Source of the DNA: Octopus sinensis | Lineage: Eukaryota | Assembly: GCF_006345805.1 (NCBI RefSeq) | Contig: NC_042997.1 | Coordinates: forward strand, 80,352,001-80,416,000 | DNA length: 64,000 bases | Direction of reading: 5' to 3' | Part shown: positions 1-13,334 of the stretch, piece by piece | Layout of the letters: every line of letters starts with the position of its first letter | Numbering within the stretch: position 1 is the first letter of the stretch | Made by a program: the position numbers and the translations under genes | Notes under the pieces: generated by a model | The model's input: only the letters and a program-made list of their open reading frames with translations | The model's database searches: none | Told to the model about the DNA's origin: nothing

Positions 1-37
1 GAAAGAAAAAGTATCTAAATAACTACTATCACTATAA

Positions 38-624
38 TCATGAGTTGTATTGTGAGCAGCAAAAATCCAAACAATACCATATTTATCCACTCTCAATATG
101 TTCTGGCAAGTTCAGATGGAAACATGCTGATCACCGATCCTTTTCATCAGAGAGTATCGCCTACCTTTAGATGATGTATGTTCATAACACACACAAGAGT
201 GCACTTTGCACCAAAAGCCAACATGAGAGATTTTTTCATGGTAACTAATGCAGTAAAGATTGTTCTAACAGAACAACCACTTTTATGTGGGGATAAATAC
301 ACAATTCATTGATATAAGGGTATTTTAAGACTCCATATTTTTCCAGCTTATAGTGTGCCCCCTCAGTCAAATTGCCCCCACCTTGCACCTGCAATCAATG
401 TATCTAACAAGAGTACTGGCTCTTGTTTAAGGAAATCAACAAACAAATTATTTGCTAATGCATGCTGAACAACTGATACTGATTCATGAGATGCATGCAG
501 AACAACAAGAATCCTAACAATAATGTATCCATTCTCATATTCAAGTTTAAATCTGCTAGAATATATTGAGATTGAACAGATATGTTCTTGCTTGGATTTT
601 TGCTGTTCAGTGTGCAACACATGA
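38..624. repeat. Old inverted repeat (arms 38-115 and 547-624), probable MITE relic
   Basis: Ungapped reverse-complement alignment of 78 nt with about 19 mismatches (core CAGCAAAAATCCAA). Confidence 0.7.
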
Positions 625-734
625 ATTAATATAAGTTTGGCAGATATCAGCATGCATCACCAAATAATTGGTTAGCTGATTTCTGTAAATAAAGGGCATG
701 TACTTTTGTTTGATTTATTGATCCAGGGGCAGCT

Positions 735-779
735 TTGACTAAGGAGACACACAATAAGGTTGAAACACTGGTGTCTCAA
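735..779 (+). ncRNA. Degenerate minimal type I hammerhead
   Basis: TTGA-CTAAGGA-GAC(ACACAATAAG)GTT-GAAA-CACTGGTG-TC|TCAA. G5->A mutation in the core; stem I TTGA/TCAA; stem III ACAC/GTGT; GUC triplet. Confidence 0.55.
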
Positions 780-911
780 CGCTCTCTAACGTCAATGAAT
801 TATGTATGTTATGAACACACATTGTCTATAGAGAGGAGGTGTTCTCTGATGAAGGAAAACAATAGTGGTCAGCATATTCATGTTTGAATCTGTCAGAATG
901 TACTGAGAATG

Positions 912-1103
912 TAAGGTGGCGAGCTGGTAGAAACGTTAGCACACCGGGCGAAATGCTTAGTAGTATTTTGTCTGCCATTACATTCTGAGTTCAAATTCCA
1001 TCCTTTCGGGGTTGCACTGGGGGTAGATATAATCGACTTAATCCGTTTGTTTGTCTTTGTTTGTCCCCTCTGTGTGTAGCCCCTTGTGGGTAGTAAAGAA
1101 ATA
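912..1103 (+). mobile_element. tRNA-derived SINE (Meta/MESC-domain type), internally deleted, with a 17-bp TSD
   Basis: A-box-like GAGCTGGTAGAAACGTTAGC and B-box-like GAGTTCAAATTCC; TSD AGAATGTACTGAGAATG at 895-911 and 1104-1120. Confidence 0.9.
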
Positions 1104-1399
1104 AGAATGTACTGAGAATGGGTAGATATATTACTATAACCATTATACTGCTAATTTCGTTTACCATGCTGATTATATATAAACATTTTCCCTATTGGCA
1201 AAAACAACAACAACAATCCATGTTTCTGCATATGTAGTATGTTCTTGTACATAGAGAGGGTTCAACTGCTTGTCCTGGCATTTTAAAAAGTCTGTTTTAT
1301 CTTCATTCTCTTCATTAATCTTATGGACTTCAGATGATTATGAAGAATGATTAGCTAGCATTTCATAGACATTTGTAGTCTAATCTGACATTGTGACAA

Positions 1400-1560
1400 G
1401 GCTAGCTTTTGCACAGTTTCCATTCATTCAATTTCACTCAACAAGACTCAAATCAACACAAGACTATAACAGAAAATACTTGTTCAAGATGTTGTGCAGT
1501 AGGATTGAACTCAGAAACTCGTGCTTTCTAAGCAAACTTAACAAAATGGTCATGCATCTA
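1400..1560 (-). mobile_element. Old CORE-type SINE fragment
   Basis: Reverse complement GAGTTCAATCCTACTGCACAACATCTTGAACAAGTATTTTC. Confidence 0.6.
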
Positions 1561-3589
1561 CAACTATGGGAATGGTAGTCACACCTATACTGCATATCCT
1601 TGCAATTTTAAAGTTTTATATTTGGAAAACTTTTCAGTTTCTGATTAAAATTTTTTTTGTTATTACTTTTTTTCCTTAAAATAAAATCAAGAGTTGCTTC
1701 ATTTCCATATATCAAAATTTTTAAAACAACCAAAATATTCCACATCTCCATAACTTACTCAAAAATATTAACTAAACACAGAATGTATAACTAAAACACA
1801 AAGATAAAAAAAAAACAAATTGCACCAATACAATTTGAAATTTAAAAATAAAAACAAAAAAAAAAATGCACTAATATCCAGACTTTATATACATGGATGT
1901 ATTAAAATATTCCCCAAAAAATTTTCCAAGCATTTTACTTATTTCTTTTAGTACCAGTATAAATGAATTTCGGCTTACCTCTTTTTAACAACTTACGTTC
2001 AGTCTTATCTTATGACCAAGGAGGTAAAAAAAAAAAAATGCCAATTTAAATAAAATTGTGCAACAAAAATAATAATAATAATAAAAACCCAAAAAGACAA
2101 CAGTAAACATATATGGGAAAAACATCATATGGTGAGAATACACACATACCAATATATTAAAGATACTTTTTTTGTTTGTTTGTTTCTTCTGTAAAGCTAT
2201 GCTTTACAAATAGATTTGCTGACATGCATTCACAGAGAGAGAAAACAGTGATATACAATGATATTGGGAGAGTGGGGTCAGGGGGGGGGGTGATCCAGCT
2301 GAAGAACACAATACTGAAAATCAATAACTCTTATGGAAAAAGGTAAATAAATGTCTTTGAATTGGTGAACAACCATATGTTAGAACTCTGTTCCATCTAG
2401 CTATGGTTACATTCTTACAAAATATAAAAGCTGTATTCTCAACAGGAAATTTTCATATCTATTTATATGAATATTTATGTGTGTGTTTCAGCATATATAT
2501 AATATATACACTCTCACATACATGTATACGTACTGACTATTATGCTAAAAGATAGTGAGAAAACTGTTATTTTTTTGCCTAATATATCACATACAGGTTG
2601 GGACAATTAGTTATTACACCAAACATTCAACAAAGCACAAAAAAAGTTGTTTCAAATCTATACTGCTACCCAGTAAAATTTAACATTGACAGTTAGGAAA
2701 GAAAAAAGTGTACATGCATGTTATTAACTAGGGTGAAGACTATGGATAGACAATAAAAATACCTACAGTGCACATCTAATCTAATTGGCTTGATATGACA
2801 ACAAACTAGAGAAGGGTAGGGATCATGAGAAAATAACAGGGGTAGTACAATATGTAATAGGGAGAAGAGAGTGTGTGGCAGGGTAAGAGTCAAAGTAATG
2901 AACATATAATTTAGAAATATATATATATATATGAACACATAGGGAAAATATCCTCTAAAATACAAAATCAAATGAATAAAAAAATACATATAATCTTTAC
3001 GAAATTTAAGAGAATATAAATACATTTTTATCTGTACACAAAATAAATTCTCTTTGAAAGTATGTCAAAATTTCTAAAAGGTTGTGTAGCACATCTAAAA
3101 ATACCAAATACCAGATTACTATTTATAACTAGGGATTAAATGTAACTATAGAAACAGCAGAGATTAATTGCAAGCAGAATCAGTAGCCTAAAACATGAGT
3201 TAGTATTAATATCATACAAGAAGAAAGGAAATATATATTTCTTAAACTATTAAACTTTCAAAGTGTCTACCACAATCAATCCAGGTAGTGAGTCGTTTCA
3301 CCAACTAATTGATCTATTTATTTGAAATAAAAGGCTCGTTAGTATTTTAAAATATCAATAATTTATTTCTTGTTATTGTTTTATAATATTATATTGAACA
3401 TTAAAATCCACCAATATCCCCAAAGAAGAAGAAAACTACAGTGACAACTAATGCAAAAAATTAAAAACTTAACAAAACAAAACAAAAATTAAAGCAAGCA
3501 AAACAAAAATAAGAAGCAAGACATAAAACATCTGAGAAGGGATGCAACAATCCTGTCGATAATATTGATTTCTTCCTTAAGTACAAAGG

Positions 3590-3730
3590 GAAAAGTGAAT
3601 ATAGTTAACTGAACTGACCCCAGCTTCTTAACAGTACTATTTTATTGACTCTAGACAGATGAAAGACACAGCTGATGTCAAAAAGCCTTGAACTCCAATT
3701 GTGGTGACATGCTGATAATGCTAATCCACC
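3590..3730 (-). mobile_element. Very old Meta/MESC-type SINE fragment
   Basis: Reverse complement GAGTTCAAGG..TCTTTCATCTGTCTAGAGTCAATAAAATAGTAC..CTGGGGTC. Confidence 0.55.
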
Positions 3731-4400
3731 CCATACTTACAGGCTACTATTCTAAATGAAAAGCTATCTTAAAAGATATTTGGATTTTGCAGCAGTGTTC
3801 AGTGAAAACTGACATTTTAAACTAGCAAAATACTGAATAGATTTTTGAAAACAATTGCTTGCAGCCTGAGTGTAGTTAAAGAAAGGTAATGATCCAGGAA
3901 GATGAGTCATAACCAGTTCCAGCGAGTGGATGTGGTTATTCAGACTATGGCACTAATGCTCTTTGGAAAGTATGGAACTCATAATATTCAATTCATTCTC
4001 AGGAGTCAATGAGAAAAATAAACCATCAATAGATATCACGAATTATAAGAAGTCAAGCAGAAAATGCAAGAATTTCATTTATAAAAAAAAAATTGAAATT
4101 TAATTGAAATAAACAAGCTTATTAGTATTACTATATTTACATTTTATAAATACACCAATGTTAATAACTACCAAAATTGAAAAAAATAAAACAAAACAAA
4201 AACTTCAAGTCAAGTAATACAGAATGAATGGCACAGAGAGGAGAGGAAAAAGAGTAGAAAAGATAAGGAGACAGTGGGGAGATACACACACACAGAGATA
4301 TAGTAGGTATGAAGTTGGAAGACAAAAAAGGGACACAAAACCAGTCCAACTGGGCATCTTTCCAAGTATGATTATGCACATAAAAATGCAAATCAAATGC

Positions 4401-4441
<41 letters not shown>

Positions 4442-4524
4442 AGTGTGTGCATGTACATATATATATATATATATATACACACATACAAAATATACATACA
4501 CATTAGTGTTTGTGTGTATATATG

Positions 4525-4556
<32 letters not shown>

Positions 4557-5269
4557 TATTATTGGTGAATTGAAGAAATGGAGCTGAACGCAAACTTTTG
4601 ATTAATCTACTACAAGATTATTCATCTTTCTATTTCACATAATATATATATATATATATATATATACATACACACACACCTGAATTCAATTGTGTCATGT
4701 GAAATCTTGGGCAAGTGTCTACTGTAATAGCCTCAGACTAATTATAAACACACACTCACTAGCTCTATGTTATTAGACAACTAGTTAACTAAATTGATTG
4801 TTTGATTAATATTTCGGCTAATCAATAAAACAGCTAGGTTTTTGAAAGTTCTTTCTTCACTATTTCATGACCTTATGAATGACATGCCTTCTCTGTTAGT
4901 CTGCTGCAGAAAGATCTGAAGCTGTCTTTGAGTAGAGAGGGCATATCATTGATGAGGTTGCAAATGACAATGAGAGGTCTTTGATGAACCTAGTTGACTG
5001 ATTGACTGGATGGGTAATCAAACATTTGATGAGTTAATTAACTGGTTAAGTATGTGTTTAATAAGAAGTGAAATAGAACCAGTGTGTTTATTTGTTATTG
5101 GTATAATGACCCTCTCAAGATACAAGAAAACCTCTTTCAACTCACGTATTCACACCAAATGAAATGTATACTTGTGCATCTGTACGTATACATCTATGCA
5201 TATATACTCAAACACACACACCTATAAATACATACATACATATAACATATATATACATACACATATGTA

Positions 5270-5890
5270 AAGGGATGGTTGTATGGTTAAGAAGTTTGTT
5301 TGTCCACCACTTGGCTTCTACAGTGTAAAGCTTACACAAGTGTTGTCTACTATATCCCTACACTGACAAAGTCTTGTGAGGAGACTTAGTAGAGGGGAAA
5401 ACAGAAGACATGTATGGATGTGTGTCTGTTTATGTCTGCAATCACTTGCACAAAAACACTGCAAATTGGTGTCAGTTTGTCTTGCCAACAAACTGTATGG
5501 CACTTTGTGCTTTCAAAGCTGTGTGGAGTACAGGGAAGGGCTAATATAAGGGAAGTGTTCTACTTATGTAAGCATGGAAAACTGAAAGCAAAATGAATGA
5601 ATATACTCACATGCACATAGATAGGTATATACATGAGTGTGGCTTCTTGAGCAAGACACTTTGTTTCATGTTGCTCCAGTTCACTCAGCTGTAGAAATGA
5701 TTTGCGATGTCACTGATGGCAAGTTGTATCGGCCTCTGCCTTTCTTTTGGATAACATCGGTGACATGGAAAGGGGAGGCTGGCATGCATGGGTGACTGCT
5801 GGTCTTCCATAAACAATCTTGCCCAAATTTGTGCTTTGGAGTATAACTTATTAGATGCGATCCCATGGTTGTTCTTGACCAAGGTGGGTC
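5270..5890 (+). mobile_element. Two old CORE-like SINE fragments (about 5270-5420 and 5640-5890)
   Basis: GTATGGTTAAGAAGTTTG..CACAAGTGTTGTCTACTAT and CTTGAGCAAGACACTTTG..GCTCCAGTTCACTCAGCTGTAGAAATG. Confidence 0.55.
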
Positions 5891-5957
5891 TTTACCCATT
5901 TTTAATACATATACGACATGCACACACACACACACACATTTCACATATACCCTTATA

Positions 5958-7253
5958 TATGAGGGGAAGTAAAAAATTATCAGCACTTTCACTATAACAT
6001 ATCTTTATTATTGTCACATTGCCCTCTGTGCATGCATGCTTATAGTTGGTACTATTGTGGTCACGTGATCGGAGTTTGAGCCCGATAACACTATTTTTCT
6101 TTCTGGTTTTACAGTGTAAGCATGACTGCTCCACTAGCAATGTGCACCAAAGAAGAACAAAGAGCAGTGATCTGATTTCTCTGGTTGGAAAGGGTGTCAA
6201 GGGCTGAAATTAATTGGAGGCTTTTAGCACAATACAGGGACAGTTCACTACTGCATAAAAGTGTGTATGGGTGGATTAAGAAGCTTAAAAGTGGCTGGGC
6301 AAGAGTGATGCACAAAGATGGAGCAGGACGCCTGTCGACTTTCACCACTGATGAGAAGATTCAGCAAGCTCAAGAGATAGTAATGGTGAACCGATGAGTT
6401 ATCATTGATGAGGTTGCTCATTCTCTGCAGATTAGACATGATTCTGCCTTTCAAATCATCTACGATGAGCTTGGCTTCTATAAAGTCTGTGCAAAATGGG
6501 TGCCAAGAGAGCTTACTGCAGGGCATAAGTGCAAACGTCTTGAGGTCTGCCAAAGTTTACTCAATTGCTACAACAATGAGAGTGAGGAACTTTTGAGCAG
6601 AATAGTCACAAGAGATGAAACATGGGTCCATCATTATGAAGCAGAATCCAAAAGAGGGAGTATGGAGTGGAAACATCCTGGCTCTCCAGTAACAAAGAAA
6701 TTCAAGACAGTCTTCCACGGAAAAGGTGATGCTAACCTGTTTTTGAGTCTCAAAAGGGCCTATACTGGAAGACTACTGGAAAAGTGTAAGATACAGTGCT
6801 TTGCTGGCCAACAAACTGAAGCCAGCAATTTGCGCCAAACACCAAAGCCTGTTGTTGAAGAAAGTTTTGTTGTTGTATGACAGTGCACGCCCACACACGG
6901 CTGCTCAGACCGTTGAAACCATTAATCAATTGGGTTCTGAAGTGCTGGAACGCTCTGCCTACAGCCCAGATCTCGCCCCTTCTGACTATCATATCTTTGG
7001 ACAGCTCAAAGATGGTTTACAAGGTCATCGATTTCCTATAGATGAAGATTCAAAGGAAGTGGTGCACAAATGGTTGCATGACCAACTGAAAACATTCTTC
7101 TTCGAAGGAATATGCAAGCTTGTGGACCAATGGACCAAGTACATTGAAAAGGGAAGAGAACATGTAGAAAAATGATATACTTGTTTATTCCCTGCTCTGG
7201 TGTAAATACATTGAAAAAACAAGAGTACATAAAATTTTTGACTCTCCCTTGTC
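5958..7253 (+). mobile_element. Mariner (DD34D) transposon, decayed but near full length
   Basis: Frameshifted transposase pieces: HTH (EINWRLLAQYRDSSL..GRLST), WVPRELT, RDETWVHHY, LYDSARPH, YSPDLAPSDY. Degenerate TIRs TATGAGGGGAAGTAAAAAATT / AAAATTTTTGACTCTCCCTTGTC, flanked by TA. Confidence 0.93.
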
Positions 7254-7589
7254 TATCCATAAATGTACATACATAAGTATACATGCATATACATATATAC
7301 ATACACAAGCATACAACTATGCAATATATGTATGTATGCAGTCTCTAGTGGTGGTCTGCACTTAGCTAAGTCCTGTGCATGTGAACTTTTTCCAGCACTC
7401 TCTATCTGACCTGGGAGGGCCTGTACCTTCCCCTGTCACCATTTAGTAGATTACTGGAAGTACCATGACTAGACTTGGGATGAATACCCGAGTGGTTTCC
7501 TGTTGCCTTCTCCAGGCAGATAGGATTTGCACTTAGAATATACAGAGTCAGAAGCTTAAAGCATTTCTGCTGATGTACCAACAATTCTG

Positions 7590-7722
7590 CTACTCTCCCA
7601 CCCACAGAGCAACATGAAATGAAATATTTTGCTCAAGAACACAACATACTACCTAGTCCAGGAATCAAACCGATGATCTAACCGTTGTGAGTGCGACACC
7701 CTAACCACTAGGCCACACACCT
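7590..7722 (-). mobile_element. tRNA-head SINE 5' fragment
   Basis: Reverse complement GTGTGGCCTAGTGGTTAGGGTG..GGTTTGATTCCTGG..TCTTGAGCAAAATATTTC. Confidence 0.65.
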
Positions 7723-10700
7723 TCACATACATCTATCCATATGTACATACACACACACACACATATGCATACACATACACATATGCATATCTTTTGAACA
7801 AATATATAAAAATTTACATGCATATATGCATGTTCCAAGTTGTAGGCATGTTCCAAGTTTTGCACCCACAGTGAAATTTTGGATAGGAGTACAAGTTTTC
7901 AAGAAGATCAAAAACTATTTGACATCTGAATTTCTTTCTTTTTATCTTCTGACAGTATCTTGCATAATCCAAAGTATGGAAACAGATATTCAAAAAATTT
8001 TGCTGATTTGAGAGAGAAATAATAAACACAAAGTACTGATATCAAGTAGTAGATTTGTGTGAAGAAATAAAAAAAAATATGCAGGTTCTACTAGTAAATA
8101 TTAAAAAAAAATAGTGCAAGTATGTTTTCCTTTATATAATTTTTGTGTAGTTCTTGTGCATTTTTGTGACACTTGGCTTGAACCATCATCTGAATTGTTA
8201 GGACGTAACAAATGTGAGTGAATCAACATTTGCAAGCTTACTGAATTCTTTTTGAAGCAATTCATCCAAAACAGTGAATTCATGCATACATTTTAGATAT
8301 CATACCTTGAAATGGATGGGTACCACTGCTAGCATGCACATGTTTGTGTATGCATGCACACACAAATATTCATACATATCAACATCATTACTTTAATGCC
8401 TACTTTTTCATGGGTCAAATGAAAGTACATTGGGGCAGAATTATCTATAGCCAGATGTCCTTCCTGATGCCAATCCCAAAGTGAGACAGTAACCTCTCAG
8501 TTTATCAATCAACAACCCAGACATGGTTCATGGAGAACTGGATACAAATAGTATCATTTGATTGGGTCTTTTATTTACAATGATTGCATAATATATCAAA
8601 ACATGTTAAGAAGCCTGGATATACTTTTATATTGTACTGCAAGCAAATGATACTATCTGTATGAATAGTGACACTATTGTTTATAACTAGTGAACAAGCA
8701 TAATGCTGAGAGCCAACACGAACTCTCACATACATACCCTTCCCCTACATACACACACTCTGAATGAGCTACTCCAAAAGCTTTGGTCACTTGAGAGCTT
8801 TAGTAAAAGATTTGTCCAAGGTGCTGTACAGAGAGACACTTGTCCAAGGAGACATACATGCATATGTATCCACATATATATGTGTCTGTGTGTGTACCTT
8901 ACATAAACATATATATGCACAGCACATAAACACACTCACACACGCATGCATATAGACACACAATCTAGTCTCATCCCAACCTTGCATTGCAGAGTAACAC
9001 ACAGACATTCCAAACACTATTGATCTCTTTCTCATCTCATAACCTAACTTCTACACAACTGTAAATGTCTCTATACCTATTTGTTATCTCACCACTGCTT
9101 CATCATAATTAATATACTTTTAATATACATGTACCTCCATACTACATAGTTCATTGTTAATCAAAACAATATATATTTTAGGCACAACGCATTCCTTCAA
9201 TGCTTTGATGTACTATCAAAAGCACAAAACACTCAAATTAAGCTATTCACTAAGGTGCTAACTTAATTTACAATTGTATTATATAGCAACTAAGTATTCT
9301 ATGCCATTGATTAGGAAAGAAAACAATGTACGTCACTTTGAGGAGTGGTTGACAAACTGAAATCTTTCTCTTTTTCCCATGCATTAAAAGCACAGAAAGG
9401 ATGCATTCACATTCACACACTGCTAGGCTTTGTAATATTTAAATTTCAGTTCTTCCAATTGATACTGTGTTGTGCATAAAATATATATTAATAATTGCCC
9501 ATCAAAAATCTTAATATGCAAATTAAACTTTTTAACAGTTGTTAGACTAATTCATTAGTTTTATAGAACAGTTAAATATTCTGTGCCATGGATTAAGAAA
9601 GGGAACCAGGAATGTTTTCTCAAGTAGTCATTGACAAATCATGAAACAGTCTGCCAAGAAACTCCTTGCTTTTTTCTTCTACACATCAAAGCACAGACGG
9701 AATGTACTTCCTTAGTTCTACAATAAGTAAAATTTGTAATACTTAAATACACACACAGAGTCCTTGAGCAATAATTATTTGAAGGGTTCACAAGACACAA
9801 CTAAGCTAAAGGAGAATACAGAAGAAAGAGGAAGTACAATAGTAAGGAACGAAACAGAGAAGAGGAAAAGAAGGAGTATAGTAAATGAACACAAATAGCA
9901 AGGTAAAGTAAAATTATTAGGCAGAGGAAGATGCTGTGATAATAACTGAAGTGAACTGCCCTCTTAGTGAAAAACTGTAAAAACATGGCCTGCATGCAAT
10001 ACATACTTTGCAACACTGAAAGAAAAAAAACAAAGAAAAAAAAGAAGACTTTAAGAGGGTAAGACCACAAATCTATGATCAACATAATTTGCAAGCTAGC
10101 AAGTTCCAATGACAATAACTTAGATTAAGGAAACAATTTTACTCTCTCTTATTTTTACATACATACTCATTCACACACATTTATATATATATATAAAAAA
10201 AAGGTTATAATCAACCATACACATATACACATATGTATATTGAATTGGCTAAAAGTTCTAAATACTTCAAGATATAAGTAATGAATAAGGTATGCTATTG
10301 GTAATTTTACCAGAAAATATTAATCACAGATTAACACACAACACACACTTAGATGTGTTTTCTAATACTTTTACAATTCATAGGCAAGTAGTTTAATTGC
10401 ATAGCATAAACACTTTACTCTGTTTAATAAGTGAAAATACAGTACAAGTAAAATCTCTTTTCAAATATGATCTATAATTTATGACAATCTATTTTACAAA
10501 ATTCAAATTAAACCTTTAAATACACAACACCCACACACATGTGCATTTATATAATTGCTATATTTGCGCACATGCACATGTAATTTTTAGTAGATACATT
10601 TTACAAAAAAATGATTGTTTAGATTTATTTTACCATACATGGTGGATATGATATCTAAGAATTATTAAGAAAGGAAATAAGGCCTATTTTATCTTATTTG

Positions 10701-11789
10701 TGAGGCACAAACTAATATTAGTACTGAGTTGTCTTCCAGTGATAACCATTCAATGTTGTCTAAGAAAACACTACAGCACCTCTCCTCACAGTACATAAAC
10801 TCACTTTCTTTTATGAATTTCAGACTATTAATTACTTCACATTGTGTATTTTTTGAAAAGCTTAAGTTGACTTGTGTAAGAAATTCATCATTTAAAACAG
10901 TATAACATTGAACTAGGTACTGTAAAGATTTTAGGCTGTACTAACACTGTATGATTGGAAGGTAGACCTAATTCATTTAACACTGCCCTTGGTAGCAAGT
11001 CTTTAGCAGAGTCCACTCTATTATAAACATTTATGCTAGATCTCTGAAGTGTTTCTCCCAACTGTTGCAATGCAGAAGCTTTAATTCTTCTCATCTTTCT
11101 CACATGTTATCTAGTAAAGTTTTCTCCTGTGACTACTTCTGCAGCAGCAGGTCTTCTTTTGTCTAAATGCTAAATACAATTTACCTGAACATATTTTATC
11201 CAATGCTGCTTTCTGTAACTTTAATTCTAGCAAACAATACACACTCAGCATACTAAATGCTGTTCTAATATAGGAATGAATTTACTTTTATCAGGTTGTG
11301 AATGATAGGTTTGACCATTGTAGTTGAGAACACAGAAAAATAGAGAAATGCACGAGTCCTACGATTCATGACATCATTTACAATCCAATATGCTTTTACA
11401 TGTGTTGTCTACAAGGACAATTTTCTTCCATGACTATTTCTACAGCATAAGGTCTTCCCATGTCTGAGTGCATTCAAGCACACACACGCATATTTATGTA
11501 TCATACTTCTTTGCCACACACACACACTTGACCAATATGTTGATAATGAGATGTAATAAATGGAAATAGAGCAGAAGCCTGCCATATATAAACATTCATG
11601 TGGGAGATACAATATACTTAATAGCCAAAAGTATAATAGTTAATACCATATACATTGGAAGATGTACAAAAAATATTTGTAGAAAGTCATGGCAAACAGT
11701 AATATACAGATATTAATGTCATCTTTTTTTTTGTGATTCATTATAATTAAAAAGTTTTTTTTTATTCACTCGTTGGGTCTTGAAGAAAG

Positions 11790-12250
11790 GGCAGTGCCCA
11801 TGGACTTTTCAAGCCCTCTGAGACTAGTGAGACTGACACCATTTATTGTTCCTTTGAACCTTTGTAAGTCAACATCTGCAGGAAAGACATGAGCAGGATG
11901 GGAATTCCTGAAAAGCAAGGGGTGGGGATAATGGTAAGTGTAGGGCTTAGATGGGGTTAGACACAACAAGAGTAACCAGAGGATAAGGAATGAGTAGTAC
12001 ATGGATGCCTAAGTAGGGATCACATAAATCCAGCCAACTCTGAGGGAGCAGAGTCTGTTTCAGAGTTAAAAGTAGAGAGAGAGAGAAAACCCATAGTGCA
12101 TGCCAGAGTTGATGGAATGGTGTAGAAAAAGTGCTCTATCAATAGTGTGATCTTATGCAAAGCTACCAGTCCAAGAGGTGAAAGATGTTTGAAAGCTTTG
12201 CTTAGAGTGACACCATTGCTTTCACCAAATTCTTCCGAAGTATAGAACAA
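11790..12250 (-). mobile_element. Ancient CR1/Jockey-group LINE 3' end
   Basis: Frameshifted ...LA..GSLSLFY..LCSSELA... and SHPAHVFPADVDLQRFKGTIN resemble the C-terminal WNSLP..VFP...DLQ.FK..IN motif of CR1-group ORF2. Confidence 0.6.
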
Positions 12251-12717
12251 ATTTACATAAAGATATTTTTTCTTTTTTATTTATATCTTTTTTTTTTTGC
12301 ATACGTTGCATGTGTGTATATGCATATTCTTTATGTAGAACATTCAGCACATAATAAACATTTGGTTGTTCTCACTCCTTTATTGTGAATCACAATAATA
12401 GTGATTTCTGACAGAGGCACACAGTCATAAACTTTATGGACAAAATATAGTCAACTCGATCTATCCAATAATTTCATTGGTTTTATTTTATTGAGTCATG
12501 TAAAGAAAGTGATGCAAATTTGACCATGAAGGGATATGATCACAAAAACTAAGATAATGTACAGTGTGACATTCTATTTTGTTCCATGATCTACAAGTTC
12601 ATTTGCAAGCTATTCATCACTGTTCTAATAATTATTTCTAATATATGCACATGACCAGAACAACTAAATGGATACTAGTGCTGCCTAAGCAGGTGGCCTC
12701 AATAAAAATGTCTCTAG

Positions 12718-12920
12718 TATAGGCACAAGGCCCAAAATGTTGGAGGAAGGGGTCAGTTGGCACCATTGGCTCCACTACTTAACTAGTACTTATCTCATCA
12801 ACCCTTCAAGGATGAAATGCAAAGTTGACCTTGGTGGGTTTTGAATTCAAGAGAGTAAAGAACTGAAACAAATATTGCAAGGCATTTTTATGATGCTCAA
12901 ACAATTCTGCTGATCTGTCC
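12718..12920 (-). mobile_element. Old Meta/MESC-type SINE
   Basis: Reverse complement of the same head and central domain, diverged. Confidence 0.7.
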
Positions 12921-13232
12921 ACCGCAGCACATATTCCCAAGGTACACTCATGATTTGGTGATGTCAATGTTTATCCTCCAATGGTTACCATAAATAATTT
13001 TCTAAATCCAACATCCAAGTGTATATAAACAATTAACAATTTCTGAAGTTTACAACTTTATGCATAACTTTATATTTTTTAAACTATTTCTATAAAAAAT
13101 GAAAATTTCAACAAACATTTCACATTTTCTAAAACTAATATGTTTTCAATCAATTTGTTTCCATACAAGTATCTCTTACTGGAAATATGCTTTTGACCAA
13201 TATATTTTTGATGAATGATACCAGATTCAGTT

Positions 13233-13268
<36 letters not shown>

Positions 13269-13334
13269 TGCCAGCCTGCCTGCCTGCCCGCCCGCCCGCC
13301 CGCCCGCCCGCCCGCCCGCCCGCCCGCCCGCCCG
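13233..13334. repeat. Compound tetranucleotide microsatellite (AGCC)n-(TGCC)n-(CGCC)n
   Basis: Read directly from the sequence; 12 CCC tracts at 4-nt period from 13287. Confidence 0.97.

Noticed and set aside
8180-8300. Short minus-strand frame MHEFTVLDELLQKEFSKLANVDSLTFVTS*
   Set aside because: The nearest acceptor gives stops in all frames and there is no recognisable homology.
9801-10115. Hydrophobic 104-aa ORF resembling a membrane protein
   Set aside because: It is the reverse complement of a purine/A-rich low-complexity tract, with no motif or convincing splice context.
11766-11880. Apparent terminal exon (tttcctgcag|ATGTTGAC...GAGTGA)
   Set aside because: Better explained as the C-terminus of a decayed CR1-group LINE.
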